From Callorhinchus milii (lineage: Eukaryota): DNA of 64,000 bases. The first letter of the stretch is position 1. Every line of letters starts with the position of its first letter. This document shows positions 13,520 to 60,431 of the stretch, one piece after another. Below the pieces are notes generated by a model. The model searched no databases, was not told where the DNA came from, and saw nothing but the letters and a program-made list of their open reading frames with translations. A program made the position numbers and the translations under genes. Location of the stretch: positions 84,258,001-84,322,000 of the forward strand of contig NW_024704744.1 of the NCBI RefSeq assembly GCF_018977255.1. The letters are read 5' to 3'.

Positions 13520-14205
13520 ATGCAGATTACTTAAAAACTCTGCAACTCGTGTCCTCTCCCACACTGGGCTCCATGACCCTATCGAGTTCAAGATCCTCGT
13601 CCTCACTTTCGAAACCCATCCACGGTCCTACCCCTCCCTCCCTCTGTGACCTTCTAAAACCATACCAGCCCACCCTGGTGGGCACGGCACCGGCCTGCTC
13701 CATGTCTCCCGCCCTGCCCACCCCAGGCCTTCAGCCTTTCTGCCCCCAATCTCTGGATCTCCGTCCCGGAGCCTCTTCACCTCGTCCGCTTCCGAGACCT
13801 GTCTCAAGATCATCCTCTTCGATCGTGGCTTCGGCCACCCTCCCACCTGCACCCCTCAGGTCTCCAACCCCAAGATCGGATTCCAGTCTGACGGGGGTGG
13901 GGTGGTGGGGGTGGGGGGGGGTCTGACGAAAGGTCGTGGACCCCAAACGGTTGACTCACTTTCCTTTCTCCATCGTTGCTGCCCGACCTCTCCGTGTGTT
14001 CCCAGCGACTTCCGTTCGGCTTTCGGATTACAGTATAAGTCTTTTGAGACGCCTCGGAGATGCGATAAAGGCGCTGTTATCAAATTCAAGGACTATTTAT
14101 CGTCATTATTATTATTATTATTAATGATCACTGCCCGGCGCCTTGGGACGTCCTCCCGACCTGACAGTGCAATCTGTTGTTGTTGTTGTTGTTGTTGTTG
14201 TTGTG
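13520..14205 (+). mobile_element. Degenerate L2 3' fragment with adjacent SINE/L2 tails
   Basis: Similar to 23560-24010 (CCCTATC..GAGTTCAAGATCC, CTCTGTGACCT); (ATT)n tail at ~14105-14122 and (TTG)n tail at ~14176-14203. Confidence 0.75.
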
Positions 14206-14219
14206 AGCGAGTCTGACCT

Positions 14220-14790
14220 CTCCCCTCCCCCCCCCCCCCCCCCCCGTGCGACAACGACCGAAGATAACCACATTTGGGGCGGTGGGCGCGGCCGACAGTC
14301 GCTCAGCAACAATTCCCCCGGTAACGGTCTCGGCTCCAACAGCATCACCTTATAAACCGCCCCCACTCCCCCCCCCCCACCGTAACCCTAAACCCTAAAC
14401 CCAGGCTGAGGGGAGGGGGGGAGGACAGGAAAACAATCAACACGTTACTCACCTTCCAGTGAGTCCCCTCTGCTCTCTCTCTCTCTCTCTCTCGGGCAGT
14501 TGTTATCGTCAATCACAACCAGTGTCGGATGTTGTCGGTCAACCGCAGGCGGAGCCGCGCGGACCGTCCGTTACTCTCCGGCTTCAAACCGCCTCTGTCA
14601 CTCCCTCCCTCCCTCCCTCCCGCGAGCTGGGGGGGCGGGGCGGGGGGCGGGGCGAGCCGCTCACCTCTGACCCGCCCGCCGAGTGACGCGGGGGGAGGTG
14701 GGGGGGCCTCCGCCCCGCCCACCCGCCCTCTTTTCCCCGAGGTTTGATTGGCGGCTCTGAACCGGAGCACGTGACGCTCCACTCTCAGCT
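14220..14790 (-). promoter_or_regulatory. CpG-island promoter of MCFD2
   Basis: The densest CpG region of the window; tandem GC boxes GGGGCGGGGCGGGGGGCGGGGC (~14629-14654); CCAAT on - (~14747-14751); E-box GTCACGTG on - (~14768-14775). Confidence 0.8.
14453..14570 (-). other. MCFD2: Probable non-coding exon 1 of MCFD2 (5' boundary approximate)
   Basis: Strong donor GGAAG|GTGAGT at 14453/14452 inside the CpG island, downstream of GC boxes. Confidence 0.65.
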
Positions 14791-14859
14791 CCACTCTCAG
14801 TCTCACACGTGTGTGTGTGTGTGTGTTGGATGTCCCAGAGATAAGAGGGGTTGTTGTCT

Positions 14860-15100
14860 TTGTTCCTCTGTCTGTTCCTTCCCCCCTCTCCCCCCCACCA
14901 CCTCCATCTTCAAGTCCTGCCTCGACACGTATCCCCTTGACTTTGCCTATGGTCACTCCCGCCTGAAAACGTGGCTCTTCCACCACACTTACGGCCGCCT
15001 CCCCCCCCGCCCCCAGCTCGGAGTCACACTCTGCCACTCTTAAGCGCTCCCGAGACGCTACCGCGCTATATAAGCGCAAGTTGTTGTTGTTGTTGTTATG
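14860..15100 (+). mobile_element. L2 3' end fragment
   Basis: CTTCAAGTCCTGCCTC...TTCCACCAC...CGCTATATAAGCGCAAG(TTG)n. Confidence 0.65.
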
Positions 15101-15659
15101 CGTTGCACACACACACACGCAAGGATTATTTATCAATAAATACACATTTATCCGAAAATACCATCTACGCCCTTTCTGCAACAGATCTGTCAAAAAGTGG
15201 ATTGGACCGCCTTGGCTCGTCCTCCCGCTATACAGATGCAATTTTATATTTTGTATTGATTTTTTTTAAAAACGCCCAAGACAATTTCGGACTCGGGAGA
15301 ACGAGGAGACGATTGCTCTTTTCAAGCAATCAATGCACGAAGTGAGAGTCACAAAACAAATATTCTGTTTCCCGGAAAATCAGTCATTGCCGATAAAGGG
15401 TCACGCGAAACTTCAGACAGTATACCCGTTGGTGATTGATTTATTGAAGGTTTTAAGGTTTTTTTACTTTCAGATGTATCCGTCTTATCCACCAATCTTT
15501 TTCCTTTCCAACAACTGATAGGAATGAGAGATTTAACCTATCGATCCCATTCTGGCAATTTATTAGATGTTGATCAATCTTTTAATCCCAATGCCTTGGC
15601 TTTTACCATACCCTTTAATAACGTTACTAATCGAATATCTGTCTCTTTTGTTAAAACAT

Positions 15660-15880
15660 TCTATGTTTTAACTCCCCTCTCGACTCTCTTCCTCCTCCTC
15701 GCTCCCTCCCTTCCCTCCCCTCACCCTGACCATTTCCCCCCTCCTCTCTCCCTCCCTTCCCTCCCCTCACCCTGACCATTTCCCCTCTGCTCGGGTCATG
15801 ACCCAACTGTCCAGCACCTTGGGACGTCCTCCTGACGTGAAAGGCGCTCTATAAATGGAATCTTGTTGTTGTTGTTGTTG
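15660..15880 (+). mobile_element. L2 3' tail with a short tandem duplication
   Basis: CCAGCACCTTGGGACGTCCTCCTGACGTGAAAGGCGCT...(TTG)n; duplicated CCCTCCCCTCACCCTGACCATTTCCCC. Confidence 0.7.
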
Positions 15881-18056
15881 TATTGATTCTGCCTAAAAGG
15901 CTTCCAAAACCAGTTCTGCAATGCTATCACCCTCTGCTTTGAAAAAAACTCCTAAGAATATACATTTTCAACTGTGCCTTTGGCCAACAATTCAAAATTT
16001 AATTCTTTTAGTGTCCACCACTACATTTGTCAAGTGTTTTGTGCAGTTCTAATGTGGAATGCACTATATAAATGAAAATTGTTGTAATTATGATATACTT
16101 TTGTTGTATTTATGTTTTGTAAATAAAGTAGAATGGATTTTCAGTATAAACTCTGGTCTGTTTTGTCATACTGTAACTATTTGAAGAAAGGTTGGCTATT
16201 GCCAGCATACAATGCACAGTGTGGGAAATTGTTTAACATTCAGATGTGCTTTCTGCAAAGGCAGATAATACAGAATAGATTCTCAGGTCTTAAGATGGAT
16301 AAGGATACCTTTTGTGAAGAACTGGTTCTAATCCATTATAAAAGGGGACAGTATTGAAAACACTAAAAAAATGGCAACATTCGATTGCAAATATAGGTTC
16401 AGCCTTACCTGCCGAGCTTCTGTCAATAGCCACAAGCTTTTAGTAAATTCTTGTTCTAATTCTTCCCTTTTGTAAAGGGGTGATCTTGCACTTTATATTA
16501 AATTCTTCTATAGTTACTCTACTGAATGCTCTTTACAAATGCCTGGTTTGCTTGTATTACAAGATTATGAAAGCAATTTCTAAAGTGTCAGATCACCAGT
16601 ATTTTTCAAAGCCCCAATTCTAGATGAAGAGAATAGATTGCAGATGTGTTATATATATGTATGTATCAACCCATGTACACTGACATTTGTGTTTTCTACA
16701 AAGAGAATGAGAGGAAGGCTTATTTAACATTGGATAGTTTGCAAAGAAATCAGGTTAAACAAGACTATGTATATTTACAATCATAAATTAAGAATGTAAG
16801 ATTTATAGGATCAGTGGTCCAAGGTTGCATCTTACTGAGTGTGCTAATGAGATTTTGAAGTGCAAATATTAGAAGGCAATTTTACCATATGAAATGTATA
16901 TAATCCTTACAGTGAATCGTAATGATCTTGTACTTGGTGCATACGCTATGTAAACATTTATGAGCAAAGGACCCCTGACTGATCATGCAAATCTATGCTC
17001 AAAGTATTCAATCACTGTAAACATCTCCAGGAAATTGCGTATGTAATTGAATTTTTTCCAAAATACAAAGTAGGTTGAAATTAGCAGTGCAGGTTTATTA
17101 AACATTAAATAACTCGGTAAAATATACAGTTTGCATATTAATTCTTAAAAAATATATAGCAAAATAAATAATGGAATATTGGACATTTACATTGTCTGTG
17201 CATTAAATAAGATTCCCAAAAAAGTCACAGAAAGGTACCTCTTAAGATGATACAACTGTGCAGAGATGTATGCCAGATCATCTCAAACAAAAGTTATGAA
17301 CTATTCCTTAAATAAAAATAATATATAGTTTGATTCTCTATTTTCAAAAGCAAATGTAAATGAATTTGTGTAACAAACTTAAATGAAGGCAAATTTGTAT
17401 AATACTTGTATACTGTAATATTCTTAATGAGAATTGTTCATTATGAAACAGTAGAAAGCAATATTCACGATGTATTTTAGTCAGTCTTTGAACATCATCG
17501 CAAATCACAGCAGAGCAAAAAGTACCAATTTTCTTACAAAAAAACTCAGCTAGATAAGCTTGGCATACCCAAACTTTAAAATTTCATCTTATTTCTCTTG
17601 CTGAGTAATACAAGTGGAATTTCATCTTCATTTGTAATGAACACATAATTGTGGAATGTTCTATTCTTAAGATCAGAGAAAGCTATAATACGATGATTAG
17701 GTACTAAATATAAATTCTGTGTGAATGGGTGTCCATTAACAAAGGTGGAAAAAAGTTGTGATTACTGATCAGTCACTAAGAGCGTATGAAAGTTAATAGG
17801 ACTAAATAAGTTTAATCTCCATTGGTAACGGATTACCACGTTAGCTTAACCTTGCATAACTTACTAGGTGAGTCATACTCAAAATACTGAGTATAATTTG
17901 GGGGCCCAATCTTTGAAGAGTTTCGATGCATTTCAGAGAAGAACTCAGATGATTCAGGAACATAGTATGAAAATAGATTCAAAGTTACTGAACCAATTCT
18001 CTTGGAATACGAGACGATTGAAAAGGGACAAGGTTAAGGTTTTTAAAATGAGCGGT

Positions 18057-18433
18057 GTAATAATAATAATTCTTGCATTTGATATAGCATCTTATCAGGT
18101 CTTCGAGACGTCTCAAAGTGCTTCACAGAATATACTGTAAAGTGAATTGACTGTATATTGTGAGGGCATAACACGGCAACCAATTGGGTCCCATAAACAG
18201 TTGTGGATTAGAACGACCACATTTTAAAAAAAACCTTTTTTTTGAAGGGATTATTACCCCCGGAAAAGCGATCCATCAATCGACTAACAACCGGGTACAT
18301 ACTTTACTTACTGCTAGGTAAACAAGGCAGGTGGAGTAAGGAAATTTGCCTAACATGTCGCCCTGCCCGGAATCAAACCCAGGTCCTCTCACTGCCGAGG
18401 TGAATGCTCTGACCACTAAGCCACAGGACTCCC
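18057..18433 (-). mobile_element. CmiSINE-like SINE, long variant, within a degenerate CR1
   Basis: Full head-body-tail homology. Confidence 0.88.
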
Positions 18434-19337
18434 CTAAAAGATAAATATAACAATTGTGATTGGAAAAATGTTGGACTCAGAAAAAAATCGGGGGGAATTG
18501 AAGATATAAAAAAGGTACCTCGGGAAAGGGAAATGGTATTAAATTGCTCTCGTGGAGGGAGCTAGTACAGCAGACACACACTGGGCAAATAGCCTCCATC
18601 TTTGTTGAAATTTCCATGAAACTAGAGACTGGAACAATTGTTTTCTCTCAAATAGTGGGAAATACATGGAATAGACTCCCAGCCAACCATTAATGCTGTT
18701 GATTAACTCTTTATAAAAGAGTGAATATCTGATCCAGAAGCTTTGATAAGAAGAGATAAGAATAGATCCTAACTGGTAAGATGCCAAATAAATCCAAGGA
18801 TACATGCAATGCAGAGTTAACAGACCTATCAAATACAAGTGCTCAGAGTTCAGTGGAAAACAACATTTTTTCAACTGTGTCGATGGGCTATTCAACTGGG
18901 GAGGAGCAGCAATCATAATCAAGGTGATCCCCCCTATCCTCACTCAACATTCACTCATATAAACATAAACACTATCCTCTCTCAACTGTTCTGACCTATG
19001 TGCTGCTGGTTGTGACATATTATGACTGAGGGAATATACATTGTACACTGAATTCTGGCAATATCAGTGCCACCTCAGGGTGGAACTCTATGAACAGCAG
19101 TTCTTACCTGATAACTATATCAAAAACATTTACTTTTGGCTCCGAATGAAACAATGACTGCGTTTTTTGAAAGTTAAATTCCATACAACATTCTATGGCA
19201 AATTTGACGAGTTGGTTTCAACATTTTCCCTGAACTTATTGCATAAAACAGAAGCAAATACCATTGCATGTCTGAGTGATGCCAAAATTCGTCATTATAT
19301 GCAAGATATCCCTACAACAGCCAGCGTAGAACACATA

Positions 19338-19708
19338 TTAATAATATTTCTTGCATTTGATATAGCGCCTTATCACATCTTCGAGACATCTCAAAGAGCT
19401 TCACAGAGTATACTGTAAAGTGAATTGACTATATTTTGTGGGCAAAATGCGCCAGCAATTGCGCACAGCAGTATCCCACAAACAGTCGTGGATTGAGTGA
19501 CCAAATATTATTATTATTTTTTGAAGGGTTTATTAGCCCCTGGAAAAGCAATCCACCAATCGACTAACAACCAGGTTCCTGATTACTACTAGGTAAGAGA
19601 CGTGTGGAGTAAGGAAACTTAGCCAAAATCTTGCCCTGCCCGGGAATCGAACCCAGGTTCTCTCGCTTGCGAGGCAAGCGCTCTAACCACTAAGATACAG
19701 GACTTCAC
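19338..19708 (-). mobile_element. CmiSINE-like SINE, long variant
   Basis: Full head-body-tail homology. Confidence 0.88.
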
Positions 19709-20229
19709 TGGTTTAAATTTCCATTTTTATTAAAGTAAGATCAAATTTTACCTTTTAATGGACATAATGCTATGGTTAATTCTTCCTTGTGATTTAGTTT
19801 CTCATTTTCAAAGCTTGACATTTTTAGACATGTAGCTGACGAGGAACCATACTGTTTCAAAGGCAGCTTGATGCTGTGATGGGGAACAGTAGGTGTTATG
19901 GAAGGATGAAATTGGATGGGACAAAGGGCCTTCTTCATCCACAAATAAATAAAGCCACAGATTGTCCCCTTCCCGACAAAGTGTTCTGAGTAGCGTATTT
20001 ACTTTTCGGTTTATAAGCTTTAGACATGCACAGCAGGTTTAATAAGTAACCAATACAACACTCAAACCCTGGATGTTTATCATTCCCTTTGATATGATGC
20101 CAATGATATTTGTTTTTAATTTTCTTGTCAGTTTAATTCAACAATTTTCTCCCTTTCCCCTCCCGAAGTCTCCTTTTTATCTTGCACAGCGGTGGGGAGG
20201 GGATGGAATATGCTGTTCCATGAATTACA

Positions 20230-20500
20230 GTACTTTAACCATAACTCATGTGGGAGCTTTGACAGTGAATGTTGGCAGGTTATTCAACCGGAAGGGTCAA
20301 TCACCATGTCCTCACTCACCCTTCACACACATCCCTGCAGCAGATCTCAATAAAAGAGAACGATCAGAACCAGGATTTCTGGGCCTTTGAGGCCAATTGC
20401 TGCCTCCAGCTGAGATCAGTTAAATATCAGTTAATTCGGAACAGACCAAGCATTCAATCCAGGATCCTCTACAATCCTACGGCTCAAAAATTCCTGATGG
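20230..20500 (-). mobile_element. Ancient degenerate SINE-like repeat (related pieces at ~10790-10945 and ~40495-40800)
   Basis: Shared motif TGTGCTGAGTTAnCTGATCTCAG; heavily diverged. Confidence 0.4.
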
Positions 20501-20778
20501 CCCAATGCCTGTTATTTACTTTAGATAAACCCAATTGTTTCATTGTTGTTTTCCTTGATTCAATACCTTTACATTTTGGGGAAAAAAGGGACCCTGTGTT
20601 GATACTGATTAAATTACAGACACAATCAATATTTACTTCAATATCATGGTCAGAACCTATGTGCGCTAACAGTGAAGCATTTTATTTGGCAATTTATATA
20701 TTTATATCTGTATAGTGTTTTGATGTGACTTTGTAAAGCACATGCCCTTGAGTTTCAGTACTAACATTCAATACCGGC

Positions 20779-56194
<35,416 letters not shown>

Positions 56195-57644
56195 CTAGGA
56201 ACCAGAAGACAGTATGTTAACATGAAGCACGATGCAGCATTTGTTCCACTGATACATTCGAGCCAGGAGTGGAAGGAGGCCATTCAGCCCATCGGCTCCG
56301 TTCCGCCAACTCCTTAGACCCATGGCAGATCCCTACTATTTTCTGAATACCATTTCCTTCCTTTGAAACATTTGTAGTGGTTTTATTTTTCTTTAAGGCG
56401 AGTTTAAACATACCGACTAAAGATTTTACATAAAAAAGCCAAACTAATACCTTTTACTTTCCATTTAAAAGTACTTATAGAGTGGTAAATTTAAGAATAC
56501 CTTAATATTTACACATTATAGCAACCATACAGCAGTCTGTATTGGTAATTAGGGCCCACAAGACACAAGACTTTTTCAGCACTCATAGCACACTGTTGAA
56601 ACCCTTAACAAATGTTACAGTACATCACACCATGACATTTGTTAAACTGTATAATTAACACTGCAGTAATCCTGGGGTGTGCTGAACATTGGATCCCCGA
56701 TCCCCCACCTCACAAACTAATAGCCTTTTTAAATGGGTGCGTTGGGAAGCTGGGCTCCACCACACATTGGAATTCCGGCTTGCAAATCAAAACGTCAGAG
56801 ACAGCTGGTTAGCTTCGGGCCGAGCCACTGTATCAAAACACTCCACAAAGTTTTTGTACAATTGTAGTGACTGGCCGCCAGTTTGCACAGAGTAATGTTC
56901 CACAAACAACCATGAAATTAATAACCATTGTTTTTCTGGGAGATTGTTGGTCAGGACATTGGGAAGAACTCCCTTCTCCTTTTGAATTTTGCCATGGGAT
57001 CTTTAATGTGTTCCTGAACAGACAGGTGGGACCTTGGTTTAATGCCTCAACAACAACAACTTGCATTCATATAGCGCCCTTCACATGACACTCTTAAACA
57101 ATGCAGTGGAGCTCCCTCAGCACTGCACTGAAGCATCAGCCTAGACTGTGAGCTCAAAGTCCTGCCTCTGGCATTGGTCATTTTGATAAAAATAAAAAAT
57201 CTGCTGTATATCCCTGAAATATTAGAAATGATTCACGACAGAAGAATCATGCTGTACGTTCCAGAGCTTCGCAGGTTATTGAGGCAATTGTAAAATAAAA
57301 TCAATGCAAATTCTGACAAGGGAATTGTGGAGAACATAAAAGTTTGATATTTACGAAGTTACGCCATGAAAATTAATCGCTGATCTACCCTTTCTCTAAA
57401 TGTTTTTTTCTTTCACTAATTAAAGAATGGCAGTACACTGTGTCCTTCCTAACTGTTGAATGTTATGAAGGATTTTTAATTTATGTTTTATTTTGAAACC
57501 AACGATGGGAGAGATTATGGTACGTTTTCAATTTTTTTTACATAATGCCCTTACAAATCTCCTGGAAGGTCCTGCCTGGTCATAATATCTTCCACAGCAA
57601 GTTAATTTCCACTGACTGGGGAATTGATATTGTCATTGCGTGCA

Positions 57645-57905
57645 GGCTAATAGGAACATGAGTAGGCTATACAGCCCCTTGAACCTGTACCGCCATTCTA
57701 TTAGAACATGGCTTATCTGTACCTCAACTCTAATTACCTGCCCTTGACACATATCCCTTGATACCCTGACCTAACAAAAATCTATCCACCTCAGTCTTGA
57801 CAATTTGAATGAATCCAGCATCCACAGCCTTTTGGGGTAGAGGGTTCGAGATTTCTACTACTCTTTGTGTGAAAAAACGCCTCCTGATTTCACTCCTAAA
57901 TGGGT
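57645..57905 (-). mobile_element. CR1 3' fragment
   Basis: RRRFFTQRVVEISNPLPQKAVDAG...KTEVDRFL peptide; colinear with 21230-21387 joined to 22779-22880. Confidence 0.85.
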
Positions 57906-59299
57906 GGTGCAGTTCAGCATCATACATTAAAGGGTTTATCCTTGTGTAAAAACTAATCTAGCAAATTTTTGGGTGTGGAGAGGCCGATAGAATAAATACA
58001 TTACTTATTGTGCACAAGTGATGTGGTCATGCATTTTGACTCAATGTGAGCCAGTGCACATTTGTAAGCAAAATTAAAATACTTTTGCCCATTATTTGGG
58101 CTCGGTTGGTAGCACTCTTGCTTCTGAGTCAGAACATTAGTGAGTTTAAGTCCAAGTTTGGATTGAGCTCAAAGTCTAGACTTACACTCAAGTGCATGAT
58201 CTAAGTTTGAAAGTCAGTTTGAAATGCACAGGATTCACGGTGTGCTGCTTTCTTCACCCCCATACGTTGAGGTGCCAGTATAGGTACAATACAATTTACG
58301 TTTATATAGTGGGAAGATGTATCAAAATGCTTGACTTTGTTCATTGTTGGTTGGGTACCCAAAGGGTTCGGGGATAGGAAAACATGCTCAAAGAGGTACA
58401 TCTTGAGACGGGCCTTGAAAGAGGAGGGAAGTGAGTCTGAGGGAATCCAAGATGGGGTTCCAGAGAGAGGGGACAGAATGGCTTAAATCTCGTCCACTGA
58501 TGGTTGAGCGGATAGAGAGGTAGACCAAGGATTGCTTGTACAACTCACAAGAGTGGCACCTTTTGAACCTCATTGCTGCTTTAATGCCCCAGCAGTTTCA
58601 AGAATTCTTGTGCTTGGATTTTCTGTCGAGGACAGCAGCTCCCATTGTTATTCTGGGAATAAAGCCAACTCCCCGACGCAGCTTAAAAAGAAACATTCAC
58701 TGGGCGAGAGGGTTGCCAAGATCAAGGCGTGAGGGGTCAGACTGGCATCTCACCAGGCTGGTGATTGGTTCACAACTTTCAACAGAAAAAGTTTGCAGAG
58801 TTTGCAACGTAGTTCAAATATTTCAGAAATTTACGACTGTGTCAATCAGTTTAGGTTTTCCATGCACTTGCTACAGCACGTATGGCATCAAAAAGTTAAG
58901 GTAATTATTATCGGGTGTAGTGACTGTGCATTCTTGGAAAACAAGGCAGCCATTTTGGGCACAATACATAACACGTTCACATTTATATAAGCGCCTTTCA
59001 CATTGGGAGCCTGTCCCAAGGCACACAGCAAAGTCCCACAAACAGCCATGACGTGAATGAACAATTTGTCTGCAACACTGTTGGCCAGCAAAAGAATGTC
59101 TGAGAAGATACGTCTGGCAAACGTAGGTACGGTTTTAGGAAGGCACTGGGGTTATCTTGCACCTTTCAATAATTACAGTGATCTTACTTCAGTAAGAGTG
59201 AGACTCCACTGTGCATAATTAATGGTTCAAAAATGTCCTCAACTATGCACAGCTCTGACGTATCCCACATGTTCCGAATCTGTCTCTGTCTCTAGCCTT

Positions 59300-59605
59300 T
59301 AATAATAATAATAATCCTTGCATTTGATATAGCACTTTTCACATCTTCTAGACGTCTCATAGCACTTCACAGAATAGAGTGTAAAGTGAATTGACTGTGT
59401 ATTTGTGGGCGAAATGCGGAAGCCAATTGTACAGAGCAGTGTCACACAAACAGCCGTAGATTGAAATGATCAATTTTTTTTTTGGAGGGCTTATTATCAA
59501 GCATGTGGAGTAAGGAAACTTGCCCAACGTTTCACCTTGCCGGGAATTGAACCCAAGTCCACTCGCTTGTGAGGCGAGTGCTCTAACCACTGAGCTACAG
59601 GTCTC
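59300..59605 (-). mobile_element. CmiSINE-like SINE, short variant
   Basis: Full head-body-tail homology. Confidence 0.88.
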
Positions 59606-59959
59606 CTTTCCGGATTTTCCAATGCCATGTCAGTTTCCTCTTCCTCTCCTACCTCGTCCTCTCCCTCCTTTTCTGTCTATGTATCAAGTGAAAAAGGCGG
59701 CACGTGATGCAACAACTCGCCAGCGATGAGAGGGAATCTCATGAAACAGCACTGAAATGTAGCTCTCTGTGATCGATGCCAACAGTGGCGAACTTCACCA
59801 TAGTGAAAAGGAAAGATGGTAGCGATTGATCTTTCAAACTGACTTCAGATGCAAACATTGAGCCAAAGACGGGTGTGGAAGAGTAAATTGTGTTCATTTC
59901 CAATCCGGTCATTAACTAAAGGCAGGTTCAGGATTGCATTTTGAATCATTATACATGAG

Positions 59960-60330
59960 AAATGTAGCTTAGTAGTTAGAGCACTCGCCTCGCAAGCAAG
60001 AAGACCTGGGTTCAATTTCCGGCAAGGTGAAATGTTGGGCAAGTTTCCTTATTCTACCCGTCCTTGTTTACCTAGCAGTAAGTAGGAACCCGGCTGTTGA
60101 GTCGATTGGCGGATCGCTTTTCCAGGAGTAATAACCCCTTCCAAAAAAAAATTATAATAATAATTTCACTCAATCCACGACTGTTTGTTGGACACTGATG
60201 AGCGCAATTAGCTTCCAAAATATACAGTCAATTCATTTTACAGTATATTTTGTGAAGCGCTTTGCGACATCTCAAAGACGGGATAAGGCGCTATATCAAA
60301 TGGAAGGATTACTACTATTTGCTATTATTA
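59960..60330 (+). mobile_element. CmiSINE-like SINE, long variant
   Basis: Full head-body-tail homology. Confidence 0.88.
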
Positions 60331-60332
60331 TA

Positions 60333-60431
60333 CAGGGTGACCAAAAAGTCTTACTTTTCAGCTAACCGATTTCCAAAAAAATCATAATTTCTTTAGACAT
60401 TGTATTGGTATCACGACTTGTGGTCACCCTG
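60333..60431. mobile_element. 99-bp Tc1/mariner-type MITE
   Basis: TA|CAGGGTGACCAAAAAGTC ... GACTTGTGGTCACCCTG|TA: about 17-bp terminal inverted repeats flanked by TA. Confidence 0.8.

Noticed and set aside
14383-14403. Telomere-like TAACCCTAAACCCTAAACCC
   Set aside because: Only two to three imperfect units, too short to call an interstitial telomeric repeat.
14513-15241. 242-aa ORF and other overlapping ORFs at 13.4-15.3 kb
   Set aside because: GC-rich island, microsatellites and L2 remnants deplete stop codons; the translations are low-complexity with no recognisable domain.
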